64,000 nucleotides of DNA from Eledone cirrhosa (GCA_964016885.1 OZ024743.1:289974001-290038000), one strand, 5' to 3'; positions 40,974-56,780 are shown, counted from the stretch's first letter. The notes: generated by a model from the letters alone, not told the origin. Translations and numbers: made by a program.

Positions 40974-41345
40974 ATCTTCTTCTTCTTCTTCTTCTTCTTC
41001 TTCTTCTTCTTCTTCTTCTTCTTCTTCTCGAGAAGCTCGTTGGGCAGAGTACACACACATGCCTTCCAGCGGGTCCTGTCAGAGGTAACCGTCTCCAATT
41101 GACCTGATTGTATCCCCAAACGAAACCAGCTAAGCTCCTGAATGTTATCTAAACATTTTGCACACAGGTGTAGCTTAGGATCTCCTGTCGATGGATTTTG
41201 CTCGTAAAAATCTGTCTTGCGTTTCTCTTCTCAGTCATTCTAAGCTCATAAGCCATATATCTAAACAGTGATATCTCAATGTGGAGAATTAGCGGCTCTA
41301 CGTGGGGCGATTCTTCTGATCTCCTGGCTATGTATTCTATTGAGT
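40974..41345 (-). mobile_element. RTE-clade LINE 3' fragment with (GAA)n tail
   Basis: VEPLILHIEISLFRYMAYELRMTEKRNARQIF resembles the RTE C-terminus and 56490-56700; (CTT)n at 40975-41027. Confidence 0.6.
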
Positions 41346-41719
41346 AACTCGAGCGACCCTTCGAGATCGTCTTCTTCCGGTCATTACTTATGATTCCCAA
41401 CCATATGTAAGGGCTGTACGATTACCGAATTGAAGTAAGGAACAGGCTGACAGATACTATTACATCCAAATTCAAAGAAAACTCTGTGAAAACGGAGGAA
41501 ATTGAAACGTACTGGGTATTGTTCCGCTGCTAAATGCTATGGGTGAACGCGGCTTCATGTGGCACTGGGTGGCTCGTAGACTCCTTGGTTCAATCAAATG
41601 CTTAAAGATGCTATCTTAACAAAGAATGTGATTTACCATACTTGGATTGTAAATAACTGAACCTTCTTGAATTTGCGCCAGAAGCAGGCGCAAAAAATTC
41701 ACAGCAGAGGCACCTACAT

Positions 41720-41970
41720 TTAAGAAATGGGAGAACATTCTGGCTTGGGGTTAAAATGGAATCCGATTTCAGATATGCAAATAAAGTGTTCTGGCAGACC
41801 ATCCAACCACTTTGTAATTAAATTTCCTCTTTCAGGCCAGCTGTCAAGAACGTGTCAGGGATTATCTTCTCTTTAGGGAGGTGCATCCTCACGAGGTGGA
41901 GAGAATACTTTTCCTGTTCCTTAAACACCGCCACAATAGCATCCTCTGATGTACATGAGATGCATCTGGT
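41720..41970 (+). mobile_element. RTE-clade LINE internal fragment
   Basis: KMESDFRYANKVFWQTIQPL...AVKNVSG...ILTRWREYFS..LN. Confidence 0.6.
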
Positions 41971-43739
41971 AGCGTTGTAAATAACATGCCTGATTAAATA
42001 AAGTAGCATTTGAAATTGATTTTATATAGGTGGCTGAAATTAGTAATCAACCTCATCATTATAACACTGTAACAGGTGCCAAAATTAGTTGAAATCACCA
42101 CACATCTACATCCGCCGTTAAAAGCACAAATGTCACAGTGTTCAGATATTTCATGTCTTTGATGACGGCAAACTATTTTCGTTGTCTGCCTCTACTTCAC
42201 CTTCATTCAACAGTCTTATGGAGAAGGGATTTGGATAGGGCTTCATGGTGAGATACCTGTCTGTTTCAGTTGAACTTTAATTTCTTCATCGTTTCAAGAA
42301 GTGATTCCTGTCTGTCAGGATATCTGATAAATACAGATTTCTTGTACTCTATGTATAGGGTGTTTACCTGTCTTCTGAATCGCTTGTGCTCAAACACTTG
42401 TTTTATTTGTTCAATGTCCGCTATGTACTCAAGCGAAGAAAACAGGCACATCCAGGAGGTCAGTGCATGTAAATATTTATAAGTTTGCCAAAATCAGCTG
42501 AACGAAGAGCGATCAATTTGGGATCTGTGTATTCTTAAAAGCAGAGTCGGCCGTACTTATGTTGATGTCTCACGCAAGATAACTTACACTGCAATTTTTA
42601 TTATTGCCATTGCCAAATATTTGATTCTGGCCTTTTATTTGTGAAGCCAAAAAACGCATTATGTGGCATCTTCTGAAGCATGGCGTGACGTGTAACCATC
42701 ATTACTTTTAGTGAGCATTGCTAAACACATGCAAGAGAAACCAAATTGAACAGTCTCATTAATTTTTCCAGCCATCCGTATATTAAACTCTGATTATTTA
42801 GGTGCGATATTTTAAAGGAGGGTTAAAAAAATAATATTCAACATGGAAGGGTTAACATCAGGACAATCTTACTAACCTAAATTATAAAAATAATAAAAGA
42901 GATGTATTACAAGCACAAAGATCACTCAATTATCGATTCCTCACAGTTGAAGAATATCTCTATACTAAAAGCAGTATAGATTTCTATTATTGACCAGACT
43001 TATCAATCTCGTCGAGGAATTCTCGAACAAACGCTAGGAAAAACACTTATTTTTGGCGTCGCATTTTATTTCCGCTTCATCCAATTGTCTAATTTGAATT
43101 CCACTGCAATTCTTCTTTTAAAGATTGTCTAAAAATCAACAGAATGACAGGTCGTCTTGTTAGCACATCAAACTATTTAGACTTAATGCTATAAAATTAG
43201 TCTAGACATTTTTATTTTCAACGTGTTATGTCCACACATATAATTACAGGCGATTCTCGCGAAACAATGTACCACATGTTTAAACAAGACAATTCATTAT
43301 ATTGTGTGAACAATTACTTTGTCAAAGTTACCGATCTCTGCTATAAATAGAACTTATGAAACGACAAATAGTTGTTAATTGTAGAGATTGAAACCAAGAA
43401 AAAATTGATGAACAGTTTATTAAAATATGGGGATGTTTCTCACATGCACATATCACATAACGTTATATGAATTTAAAAGGAGGCTAGGAGAAAACTGCCG
43501 GTCGTACATTCAGTCATCTAAAATATCAGCTGTTACATTTCTGCCTATATTCAATTTATCTTTATATTGTGTCGCATAAGTCATCGATATTCTACTATCA
43601 CTTATTTACGCTGTTGTTTTTTGCAGGGAAGAAGAGTTTCTAATGCAGGGAGTTGTTTCCTCGCATATATTTCTTTACATTTTTACCAAGTTGATATATC
43701 CCCTTTAATCAGCTCCTAGGAATTGAATGCTTACCCTCG

Positions 43740-44190
43740 AATGAAACAACATGTGAGACATGTTAACTTTCTTCTCCTTCATCTTCTGTTTCTTCTTATA
43801 TTTCCAAGCGCTCACAGCCCTCATCCAATCGGACAGTTTGTTAGAGATACACCAATTTATTGATGTAGAGTTACTTTTAGTGACATCCTTTTCCTGGTCA
43901 TCCATCAAGATCCTTACGTTCGTCACTTCTCCACTATCAAACCAGAGCTACACCTTAGAACTGCAGTAGCCCATGTGTTGATAGACAGTATCTTCTTCCT
44001 ACAATTTCAGTTTGTTTTTAACACCAATTCCAGTCTCTGTTTGTATTCCTTTCATAATAGTTCTTTCATTTCCTTCTCATTCATTTCTAGGATGCTGAAG
44101 TAGTTATCCTCGTTTTCATCAATTTCCTTCATAAATTGCGCGTCAAGTAATACAGTTCCTTCCATTTTATCAATTATATCTCACGTCATT
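43740..44190 (-). mobile_element. Highly degenerate R4-like fragment
   Basis: MKEIDENE...EMKELL*KEYKQRLELVLK...SINTWATAVLR parallels the thumb region of 60927-61988; abuts (ATT)n. Confidence 0.65.
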
Positions 44191-44345
44191 ATTATTATTA
44201 TTGTTATTATTATTGTTATTATTATGATCACCATCACCATCATCATCATCATCATCATCAGCATCATTATGGCGGCAGCACAAACGGCACGGCAGCATCA
44301 ACAGCACCAGCATCTGCTGTAGTAACAAATTAACAGCAGCTATCA

Positions 44346-44416
<71 letters not shown>

Positions 44417-44697
44417 TCTTATTAATATCGTCATATAATTGGAAATATGAAATATTAATCTGTTGAATTACATTACAAATATAATCCAAAGTGTCACAAT
44501 ATTTTCTACTTCATCATCACTGTAACCATAATAATTTTACTCTTCACCATCCTCTTATTATACTCAACAATATCATCATCATCATCAAGATGTAATTTAA
44601 CAATATTATCATCATCAACACCACTATAAATATCAGTATCATCAACAATATTATCATTATCATCATGATCATCAACACCATTATCATTAACATCACT

Positions 44698-44741
<44 letters not shown>

Positions 44742-45285
44742 TATCCTCATAACTAACCTCATTATCACTACCATGAAATATAATTATTTGCTTCACTATC
44801 ATTTACAACAATAAAATACAAGAGAAGCCATTGCTATGAAATAAAAAAAAAATCCATGCACATTTCATAAGACGCCTGTCACATTGCAGTTGATTGTATG
44901 ATTCTGTATAAATACATTTCATTGAAAATTAGAAGAAAGAAATGAAAGAAGTAAACATTGAATACATTGAATGAAAGAATTATAACCCGCACTTTTCTGC
45001 TAATTTGTAATTTACAACCAGACGCAAATTATGCATGACGCATATATGGTAGCCTTCATAAAAGGAACTGCGATGACCCCACTTTATCATGATGATCACC
45101 ACCACCAACACCAACACCAACGCTACCACGACCACAACAACGACCACAAACACCATCACAACCACTACCGCAACTACAATCGCCTTCACAACCACCTCAA
45201 CCACCACCACCACCACCATCATCATCATCTTCCGCATAATGATAATAATAATCATCATCATCGCCAACACTATCATCATTACAAT
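44188..45285. repeat. Compound trinucleotide microsatellites (ATT, CAT, AGT, CAC)
   Basis: Direct inspection. Confidence 0.9.
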
Positions 45286-45879
45286 GTTATTGATCGATAT
45301 TTATATAGCTTAAAATGTTACTCTTTTAAGAGATTCGAGTTTCTGTGTGATTAAATTAGACAGCGGCAAAATAAAAAAAAAAATGATAAAAAAAAGCATA
45401 AAAGTAAATTAATGTATAACTAATTTAGTCCAAGAAGATAACTCAACGAACTTTATATGGTTATGGGGGAGTATGAATGATATATAATCCCGGAGAAGAT
45501 ATCATTATTCTGCCAAATCTAATTTGCTTTCGTTTTCTCGCATCATATAATTTACGTTCTTTATTTCCAGCTTATTGGATAGTAGCATTATATATGGTCC
45601 GTGTAATATATATTTTAATATACAAAAAATTATTCATGCAGTTGGTATTTAGAGCTCAGTCATTTCTGATGTGGGTTCCTCCATCGTGAATGTGACCTCA
45701 TGAATCACACATCTGTAAGAGTACGCTCCAGCTTAGAACATTCCAACATTTTTAGCAAAAAAATGCAAAAAAATGCAAGAACTATTGTTTTCAATTCGGT
45801 CAAAGAACATTGTACAATCAACATCTCATATTCAGCAGTCTCCATATAAATACTTCATTAAATCCCGTCTGTTGGTGAC

Positions 45880-46297
45880 GAGTCTCCCGATTATAGATTC
45901 TGAGAAGTAGTACGTTGCCCTGATGGGTTTCGGTTCAATTTATTATTATAATTTCTCAGAACGTTAGTTCAATAACAAGATGTTTGTTCACTTATTAATT
46001 GTCATTAAAGCTCTTTCGTCACACATCCCGTGATCTCTTCAGTGATTATTTTTTGTTACTTTCTGTCTGTCTTACGCCATCTTGGTTTTGTGCAAAACAG
46101 AACAAAGGAAATACACAAAGCAACACCATATGTAGTCACCGAGGAAGTCACAAAATATGTGACGAAAGAGGATATCAATCAACAATTAAACGCCCGATTT
46201 TTTGATTAACCGACTAAGACATTGTGATAATTAATTGAAGTGCAACCCGAAGGATCGTGTGTTTTTAATCGGCAGCAGGACCCACCCAAAGTAACAC
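45880..46297. mobile_element. Diverged PLE1-related pLTR pair in inverted orientation, each arm with an HHR remnant
   Basis: Minus ~46001-46047: TCA CTGAAGA G ATCACG..TGTGAC GAAA GAGCTT TA; plus ~46135-46175: GTCA CCGAGGA A GTCACA..TGTGAC GAAA. Confidence 0.6.
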
Positions 46298-46327
46298 TAT
46301 ATATATATATATTTTTATATATAGATA

Positions 46328-47236
46328 TATGAAAGACGTAAAATAAGAACATTTTAAAAATAAAAAATCAACTTACTTACTAAAATGTTCACTCCAACTA
46401 ATTAGTTTCTGTAATGGGATAAATATAGTTACATAATATATATAACTATAGAGAATTCATTACGTCATCAGGGAGTCTATTCTCAGCTAAGTTCCCAGGC
46501 AATGCGCAGACACTAGGACCCCATATAAAAATAATAATTCAGTAGATGGAATGAAGCTAGCGAGGACTAAATTCCGGAGCACTGAAAAAATTTCACTGCC
46601 TCTGGTCAGTGGCAGATTCGAAAGAATCAATCTCGTGACACCGAGGTTAATCAGTTAGGAGCGGGGTGGTATTATGACAAGAGCCTACTACTACCATGAA
46701 ACAGCAGTAAATTTTGGCAATTTTTGCTCAACAAATAATTTGGAGATAAATATAGAGAATTAGTACATCTACCAACATATGTGTACAGATGTACAATCAT
46801 GCTAGCAAATATATAAGTTATGTCTTAGTACCTATGTGGTTCTATGCAGGTGAATGCAGAACAATTATATGAAAGAGGTAAAATAAGAAAATTTTAAAAA
46901 TCAAAAATCAACTTACTTACTAAAATTTTCACTCCAACTAATTAGTTTCGGTAATGGGATAAATATAGTTACATAATATATATGACGTAATGAATTCTCT
47001 ATAGTTATATATATTATGTAACTATATTTATCCCATTACAGAAACTAATTAGTTGGAGTGAAAATTTTAGTAAGTAAGTTGATTTTTAATTTTTAACATT
47101 TTCTTATTTTACGTCTTTCATATAATTGTTCTGTATTCACCTGCATAGAACCACATAGGTACTAAGACATAACTTATATATTTGCTAGCATGAGTGTACA
47201 TCTGTACACATATGTTGGTAGATGTACTAATTCTCT
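46328..47236. mobile_element. Family F non-coding repeat: ~540-bp partial tandem (minus) plus inverted arm, junction near 46982
   Basis: 46328-46443 is repeated at 46868-46983; ~46753-46980 is the reverse complement of ~47010-47236. Confidence 0.8.
46392..46475 (-). ncRNA. Type I hammerhead with extended stem II (family F)
   Basis: CTCC CTGATGA C GTAATG..TATAGTTATATA-T-TATGTAACTATA..CATTAC A GAAA CTAATTAG TT GGAG; palindromic stem III ACTAATTAGT. Confidence 0.7.
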
Positions 47237-47268
47237 CTCTCTCTATATATATATTTATATATATATAT

Positions 47269-47972
47269 ACGCGTTTTAATTGTCCTAATAACTTATTTTA
47301 GTTATTATTGCGCCAACGTGAGGTATATGATTTTTAATGCAATGGAATACCTATGACCGTTGGTAAATCACTGATGAGGGATTCATTTTATAACATGTTA
47401 TCCACGTGCAACCATGCAGTATTCTTCTCCCCATTTTTTTACATATATTTACCTAAACTGCGATTCTGTTTTTCTCTCTCTCTCTCTTACTGCTCCCTCG
47501 TTCTCTCTGTTTCTCTTACTTTCTTTCGTTCCCTCTGTCATGTCAGTTAACACTTTTTCTCTACTGACCTCATCCTCACACTTCTACTCACTCACTCACT
47601 GTTTCTCCCCTTGTCACTTCACCCCGTTCGCGATGTTAACGATTTTCCTTCTTTCTTACATTGGATTCATCTCGAAAGGTCTATTTTCTACTCGCTCATA
47701 TATTCACCCAGCTTATACTGATAGAATAACTATGTAGCTTGTGTCTTTCCTATCTTCGGTTAGCTTTCCTCTGTGTTGTTTACTTGTCTCACTTGCTTTA
47801 CGCGTTTTAATTGTCCTAATAATTTATTTTAGTTATTATTGCGCCAACGTGAGGTATATGATTGTTAATGCAATGAAATACCTATGACCGTTGGTAAATC
47901 ACTGATGAGGGACTCATTTTATAACATGTTATCCATGTGCAACCATGCAGTATTCTTCTCCCCATTTTTTCA
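47269..47972. repeat. ~172-bp direct repeats (47269-47441 and 47800-47972) bracketing a pyrimidine-rich spacer
   Basis: ACGCGTTTTAATTGTCCTAAT...CTTCTCCCCATTTTTT occurs twice with few differences; (TA)n flanks. Confidence 0.85.
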
Positions 47973-47990
47973 CAGATATATATATATATA

Positions 47991-48124
47991 ACAAAGGAAA
48001 TGAGGTAAGGAACCAGATGGACCATAACGCACCAGATTACTCAATACTTAATGTAGTAGAGTGGGAAATAGTCCAGGAATAGCTGTGGAAACGGCTTGAG
48101 CTCTGCCGTCGGGGTCATACTTTT

Positions 48125-48128
<4 letters not shown>
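47991..48128. mobile_element. Family D inverted pair
   Basis: 47991-48066 is the reverse complement of 23752-23828; right arm GAAACGGCTTGAGCTCTGCCGTCGGGGTC. Confidence 0.65.
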
Positions 48129-48188
<60 letters not shown>

Positions 48189-48205
48189 ATATATATATAT
48201 ATATT

Positions 48206-48297
<92 letters not shown>

Positions 48298-48491
48298 GAT
48301 AAATCTACCAAGAGTTTACGGTAGTGTCCAATCCGTATGAAGAACTCAATGTAATCCGGATATCATGGAAAGAAGAGATGCAATGAAAAATCACTTTCGG
48401 TGAAAGATAAACGGAATACAGAGTCAAGATAAAATATTAAAAAAATAATGAATAAAACAATGAAACAGTTCCTTATATTAAACAAAAAAAG

Positions 48492-48645
48492 TTCATTATT
48501 TAACGATTGTTTCTAGGATATATATGTGTTAGAATTGGCATGCATATTCAACAGATCTATGTACAAAATTATACAAAATTATACAAACTATCAAAATTAA
48601 ATATACATACCAACACATATATATGCCGTCTTCAGAAATAATGAA
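48492..48645 (-). ncRNA. Family B hammerhead, stem III variant ACAATCGT
   Basis: Reverse complement of the 11034-11185 motif. Confidence 0.65.
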
Positions 48646-48718
48646 ATATATTTATTGATAATAACAACAATTCAAAATTACAGTAATTTTGAATTGTTGT
48701 TATTATCAATAAATATAT

Positions 48719-48872
48719 TTCATTATTTCTGAAGACGGCATATATATGTGTTGGTATGTATATTTAATTTTGATAGTTTGTATAATTTTGTATAATTTTG
48801 TACATAGATCTGTTGAATATGCATGCCAATTCTAACACATATATATCCTAGAAACGATCGTTAAATAATGAA
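48719..48872 (+). ncRNA. Family B hammerhead with extended stem II
   Basis: CTGAAGA at 48729, GAAA at 48851, ACGATCGT, GUU, 10-bp stem I. Confidence 0.75.
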
Positions 48873-48932
48873 CATTTTTTTGTTTAATATAAGGAACTGT
48901 TTCATTGTTTTATTCATTATTTTTTTAATATG

Positions 48933-48979
<47 letters not shown>

Positions 48980-49070
48980 CGAAAGGGATATTTAATTTGT
49001 TGGTAATTCAACAAATATAAATGTTTATAACTGATTCAAAGCGCTCGACTGTTTTCTGGAGTATAATATT

Positions 49071-49462
<392 letters not shown>

Positions 49463-49616
49463 AGGGAGTGTAATTTGGAGTTACTGTAGGTTCACCCGGG
49501 TGAGCACTCGATGTTTAGGTTCACTTCAGTGTGAAGGTGTAGAGCTAGACAGAGTGTATTATAGTGAAATAAAATAACAAGGACGATTGGTTACTCCTTC
49601 ATTACGTTTATTGGTT

Positions 49617-49701
49617 GGTGACGAGCGTTTCGCCACTGATCTGCTCAAGGTTCGATCTGTATCGATCTAACCCGACTCTGTTATCGGCAGCTCGTCAGAC
49701 C
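49617..49701 (-). ncRNA. Type I hammerhead with extended stem II (family E), intact core
   Basis: GGT CTGACGA GCTGC..50 nt..GTGGC GAAA CGCTCG TC ACC; GUC triplet. Confidence 0.75.
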
Positions 49702-49742
49702 CGTTGTAATGGTAATGGAAAAAAAACATTACCATTACAAGG

Positions 49743-49837
49743 GGTCTGACGAGCCACGGATTACAGAATCGGGTCAGATTGATACAGGTCGATACAGATC
49801 GAACCTTGAGCTGATCAGTGGCGAATCGTGCATCACC
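49743..49837 (+). ncRNA. Family E hammerhead, GAAA to GAAT mutated
   Basis: GGT CTGACGA GCCAC...GTGGC GAAT CGTGCA TC ACC. Confidence 0.6.
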
Positions 49838-49886
49838 AACCAATAAACGTAATGAAGGAGTAACCAATCGTCCTTGTTATTTTATT

Positions 49887-50029
<143 letters not shown>

Positions 50030-50910
50030 ATATGTATATATGTATTTGCCTTGAGCAAGATGTTTCATTTCACCTCACCCCATCCACAAAGCTCATCACA
50101 ATCTCTTGCACCTCTATTTGAAGGAGCCAATCTTGTCAATTACACTGTTTCGCTAAATACGTTAAATTTCCCTGAGAACTATATAAAATCTTCCAATATC
50201 TGTGGAATGCTCAACTACTTGAAATTTAATTTCATGAGCAGACTAACTAGGTCTTAACAACCTATCCACAATATCCATTTGCGCTCATTCACATTTATAA
50301 ATGTGTGTGTCTACATATTTAATATTAAAGTGTGAACGACCATACATTTGTGAGGGTGCGGAAATAGACACACGTGTATGTCAACAAATATACTTAAGCG
50401 ATCATTTCCTAATGCACAGCTATCGACTTCACATTCTGACCAGTCAGAGCAGATATACAACATTGCAATACAGACGAAAAGATGCTTAAAAAATGTAACG
50501 ATTCAACGTACGCGAAATATCTACTCACCCTCGATGAATATCCCTCCTTCGAAAACATTCTTTAAATCTGTCCTCGGGTGATTGCCTCATAACAAAATTT
50601 GCTTTCCTTCCTTTTTTCCCGCCTTTTCTCATCTCTCTCCCTAACAATCTTTCTTCTCTCATTCTTCGTTCTTAGATTAAAGGCTAGTCTTCAAAACAAG
50701 AAGGCACTTCACCACATATATAAATGGATGAGAAAAACAGCATCATTGTATTGTGTGGGCTGCTTGCGTTTTTTTTCCTTCGCAACATTTCATACTTTCA
50801 AATATATATATATCTATATATATATATATTTGCAAGATATGTCAACAAGAATGGACATGTTATTTTTATCATCCCACCCGTCCCCTCAAGTTATCTTATT
50901 TCTCATTCTT

Positions 50911-50946
50911 TCTTCTGATGCAGGACTAACGCCCGAAACATTAAGA
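50911..50946 (+). ncRNA. Family A hammerhead, degenerate
   Basis: TCTT CTGATGC A GGAC-taac-GCCC GAAA CA TT AAGA. Confidence 0.55.
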
Positions 50947-51046
50947 CCCTATTCTTGCTTATCAAGCGTTAACCTAATATATCCCTTCCATATACTGTAC
51001 CGATTGTGTTGTTATTTGTTTATATTTTATACACACACACATACAT

Positions 51047-51201
<155 letters not shown>

Positions 51202-51234
51202 CATATATATATGTGCGTGTGTGTCTGTGTGTAT

Positions 51235-51306
<72 letters not shown>

Positions 51307-51804
51307 TTATTACATAATAAACCTGGCCATAGAATGCATACATTTCATTAAACTCTGTTGAAGTTAAGGGAAGGATTAAATACGCCTCATGTCGTGCTCG
51401 ACCTTGTTGATTCCAAGAAAGTACCAGTCAATTAAGCCTCATTCGACATCTAAATAGAAAAACTACTTCCTGTATCGTGTCAAAGAATATATGTTTATAG
51501 ATAATCTACACAAATAATTCCCCACGACACACACGCGCCCAAAGAGGCATGCACACGTACATGCCTACACAGATACACACACACACGCATATATATATTA
51601 GAAAATAACAGGAGGCTGGACTGGTGTAATTCCTTAAAAGGTTTATTATACTATGATCAGTTCAATGACCGGCTTCAATATATATATATACTCGTATATA
51701 CATATTTATATATGTATGTAAAAGGTAAACAGAAATAACAACACAATAGGTACAGTATATGGAAGGGATATATTAGGTTAACGCTTGATATAGCAGGAAT
51801 AGGG

Positions 51805-51840
51805 TCTTAACGTTGCGGACGTTAGTCCTTCATCAGAAGA
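51805..51840 (-). ncRNA. Family A hammerhead, GAAA to GCAA mutated
   Basis: Minus strand TCTT CTGATGA A GGAC-taac-GTCC GCAA CG TT AAGA. Confidence 0.6.
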
Positions 51841-52899
51841 AAGAATGAGAAATCAGAGAGATTGAGGGGACGGGTGGGATGGAATTAGAAAACATGTCTT
51901 TAGAAATATATATATTTATATAGAGAGGAGTGAGAAAGAGATGGAGAATGAGGTTCGATTAATTCATGAACCATTGGAATGTGATTTTTGAAATTTAGAC
52001 GCTACATGTATTTCGATAATATAATAGCCGATAACGATGAATAATAGTTAAACTAATGAGGTAAAGAACAACTGTAGATTTAAAATATTGGCCAGAAATC
52101 CCTGGGAGCAATTGAAAAACTCTTCTCTCGTATGCTAGTTTGAAGCTTTTAGCCATCACACTAAAGTGTTTTGGGCCACTAATTACCGTCTTTTCTTTTA
52201 GAAGACAAAACCGCTCAGTTCACGGTTGGACTGATTTTGGTCATAGATCATCTTGATCATATGATGAATTAGTCAGCTTCATTTCTATCCATTCTTAAAG
52301 TTATATAATGTTTTTCTCTTCTGCAATTTCTATTTAAAATTCCACATTAGTTTAATCACAAATTTAGGTTAATTAACAAGACAAACGAAAATAATTAATT
52401 TCTTGCAAAAAAAACAACAAAAAAAAAACAACAAAAACAACAACAACAATAAATAGAATACCGAAATTGAATAAATATGAAAAATGTATCACGTCCATAC
52501 TTTATCAATAACTTCTTCCCCTTCAATCCTACCTGTTAAATGCTGAAGGAGATATTTTACAATCGGTTTCGACACTAACATGCAATACATATATTGGCAA
52601 TACACACACACACAAATCAGCTATATGAACATCTAAAATATGTCTAACTTTCTTTTAGTATTAGAAACTGATAGAGTAAAACGTATATGTAAAGAGAAAG
52701 CAGAAAAGATTGTGTACCAAGCGAAATAATTTTAAGTGTTAAGATTTGACTCTTTATAACTAGTGCGTTCAGGTAGACATAATGTTTTATCCTCCTGTCT
52801 GATTTTTACTTCTATATTCTTAAATATTAGAAAGATACATTGTCATCTATGTGACTTTGATAACTGTGATAACTTTGATAGGTTTCAACTAGTATTGGC

Positions 52900-53192
52900 C
52901 CGGGCCATGTCTAACTTAAAACCACCACGTATCGAATTATTTTAAATCAGCATTTGGACAACATATCCCACTCGAGTGGAGAGCTATTGTTTATGGACAC
53001 ATATCCGGATATGGGAAGTTTATCCGTGATTTCTTGATGGAATTTGTGAAAAGAAATTTTGAATTTTATAGGGTCTGTTTCTGTTTTAATGTGTTTTGGT
53101 GTAATGTTAAAGAGAGCAGGACCAATTGAGGTGAAATAATTGTGGCATAATGTTGTTGTGAGATATTTCGTGATGTTACTATATAACATGTG
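52900..53192 (-). mobile_element. CR1-group LINE 3' fragment
   Basis: NYFTSIGPALFNITPKHIK...FKISFHKFHQEITDKLPISGYVSINNSSPLEW. Confidence 0.55.
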
Positions 53193-53195
53193 GTT

Positions 53196-53282
<87 letters not shown>

Positions 53283-53289
53283 CTGATGC

Positions 53290-53410
53290 TTTATTTTATC
53301 GAAGGCAAAATTAACCTCGCCGGGATTTGAACACAGACCGCAAAGGACCGTAACGCTATGCTGCAAAGCATGGTCTCCGATTCTCTAACGATACTGCCAA
53401 TCCACCGCCC
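53290..53410 (-). mobile_element. tRNA-derived SINE (same family as 40088)
   Basis: Minus strand GGCGGTGGATTGGCAGTATCGTTAGAG...GTTCAAATCCCGGCGAGGTTAA. Confidence 0.75.
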
Positions 53411-53708
53411 TCTTTCTAAAGAATAGTAAAATCAGGATCGCTGCTCGTATTATTTGAGCTAGTCAAAACGTGTTGGTATAGTTGAGAGACAATACGTGCT
53501 TCAGTTTGTCGATATATTTACAACTAGCTTTGAGTGTGCATGGCAGACGTTGCAGAGCAAAAGAATAGGAATTAGCCACATATTTTATTTTTGAGAAATA
53601 TATGGATTGAGAGATATGTTAGAAATTATGTAATGGGGTTCGTGAGGCGAACCAGAGATGATTCACAGATAGTTAGCGGAAGAGTAGAGACAGCTATACT
53701 ACTACTAC

Positions 53709-53743
<35 letters not shown>

Positions 53744-53781
53744 TCGTCAGTAGTATTAGTAGTAGTAGTAGTAGTAGTATC

Positions 53782-53839
<58 letters not shown>

Positions 53840-53844
53840 TCGTC

Positions 53845-55667
<1,823 letters not shown>

Positions 55668-55921
55668 CGTAGTAGTAGTAGTAGTATCACCTGTAGTAGT
55701 AGTAATTAGGCTGAGGGCTGTAGAATAGAGGTGATGGAAATAGGAGAAAAGCGTTGATGAATAAAGTCAGTTGATAATGAGACAACTAGTTCAGGAGATC
55801 CACTATGTAGTTGTAAAATAGATGTCTTTTGTGAGTGAGAGGCAAAGACCGAGAGAGAGAGAAAGAGGGATATCGAAAGAGATTGCTTGGAATTTCTGTG
55901 ATGTAAACATATTTGCAAAAG

Positions 55922-56075
55922 ACAGCGAATTGGCAGAATAATTTAAACTCGGATAGAATGCTTTATGGCATTCGTTATGGCTCTCTGCTCTCTGCTCTCT
56001 GAATTCAAATCCTGCCAAGTTCAATTTTTCATTTCGTCATTTTGAGGGCGATAAAATGTACCAGTTTAGCACAGT
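55922..56075 (+). mobile_element. Degenerate tRNA-derived SINE
   Basis: TTGGCAGAAT...TGAATTCAAATCCTGCC...GATAAAATGTACCAG. Confidence 0.6.
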
Positions 56076-56459
56076 GGTCACTTCTCCCTCTATATGGCTT
56101 TCTAATTTCCCCTCTCCCACTTTCTAACTTTCACTGGAAGAAATCTGCTCTACGCAGGCCGGGAGAGGGGTGCCCAAGAAACTCTGTATGTCAATGAAGC
56201 ACCCCTACGACTCCACCAGGAGTTACGTGACCATACCATACCATACCATACCATTTGCAAAATGATTCAAAATGTATAATTTTCAGCATCCACATGGATA
56301 TTTATTTACACCTAATACACAAATACCCATTTCGAAACAAGTTTGCGTCAGCAACACGTCTGCTTGTATAAAAATGAACTAAAGTAGTTGATGTTTCTCG
56401 AATAAGTTTTCATAAGATATCAGAAGATATGGAAAAAAAATGATTTGAGAAATAAAAAG

Positions 56460-56779
56460 TAACGTTACTCTATAGAGTGCCTATCTCGAAGATCAGAGAA
56501 TCACTCCAGGTAAAGCCCCTACTTCTCTGAATTGAGAGATCACAGCTCAGATACTATGGGCATGTGATTAGTATGTCTCAGGAAAGGATAGCTAGACAGA
56601 TTTTAAGGGCAATACCTACCAGCAGGAGACGCAGGAGTAGATACGAGCACGATGATTGGATAACATCCATGAGCTTGTTTGGTCTCGTTTTGGGATCCAG
56701 TCGGATCGTTTGAGTCTGCTGTTCTCACATGACGCACTGGAAGCTGTGTTTGAGAAATATGCTTCCATCACTCTCTCAG

Positions 56780-56780
<1 letters not shown>
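56460..56780 (+). mobile_element. RTE-clade LINE 3' fragment
   Basis: IRESLQVKPLLL*IERSQLRYYGHVISMSQERIARQIL. Confidence 0.7.

Larger units (their letters stand above)
48295..48933. mobile_element. Family B inverted pair forming a ~500-bp near-perfect palindrome centred at 48682
   Basis: Arms ~48432-48681 and 48683-~48930; HHRs at 48492-48645 (-) and 48719-48872 (+). Confidence 0.9.

Noticed and set aside
42240-42560. Possible PLE thumb-domain remnant on the minus strand
   Set aside because: Only weak resemblance (IEQIKQVF); too degenerate to call
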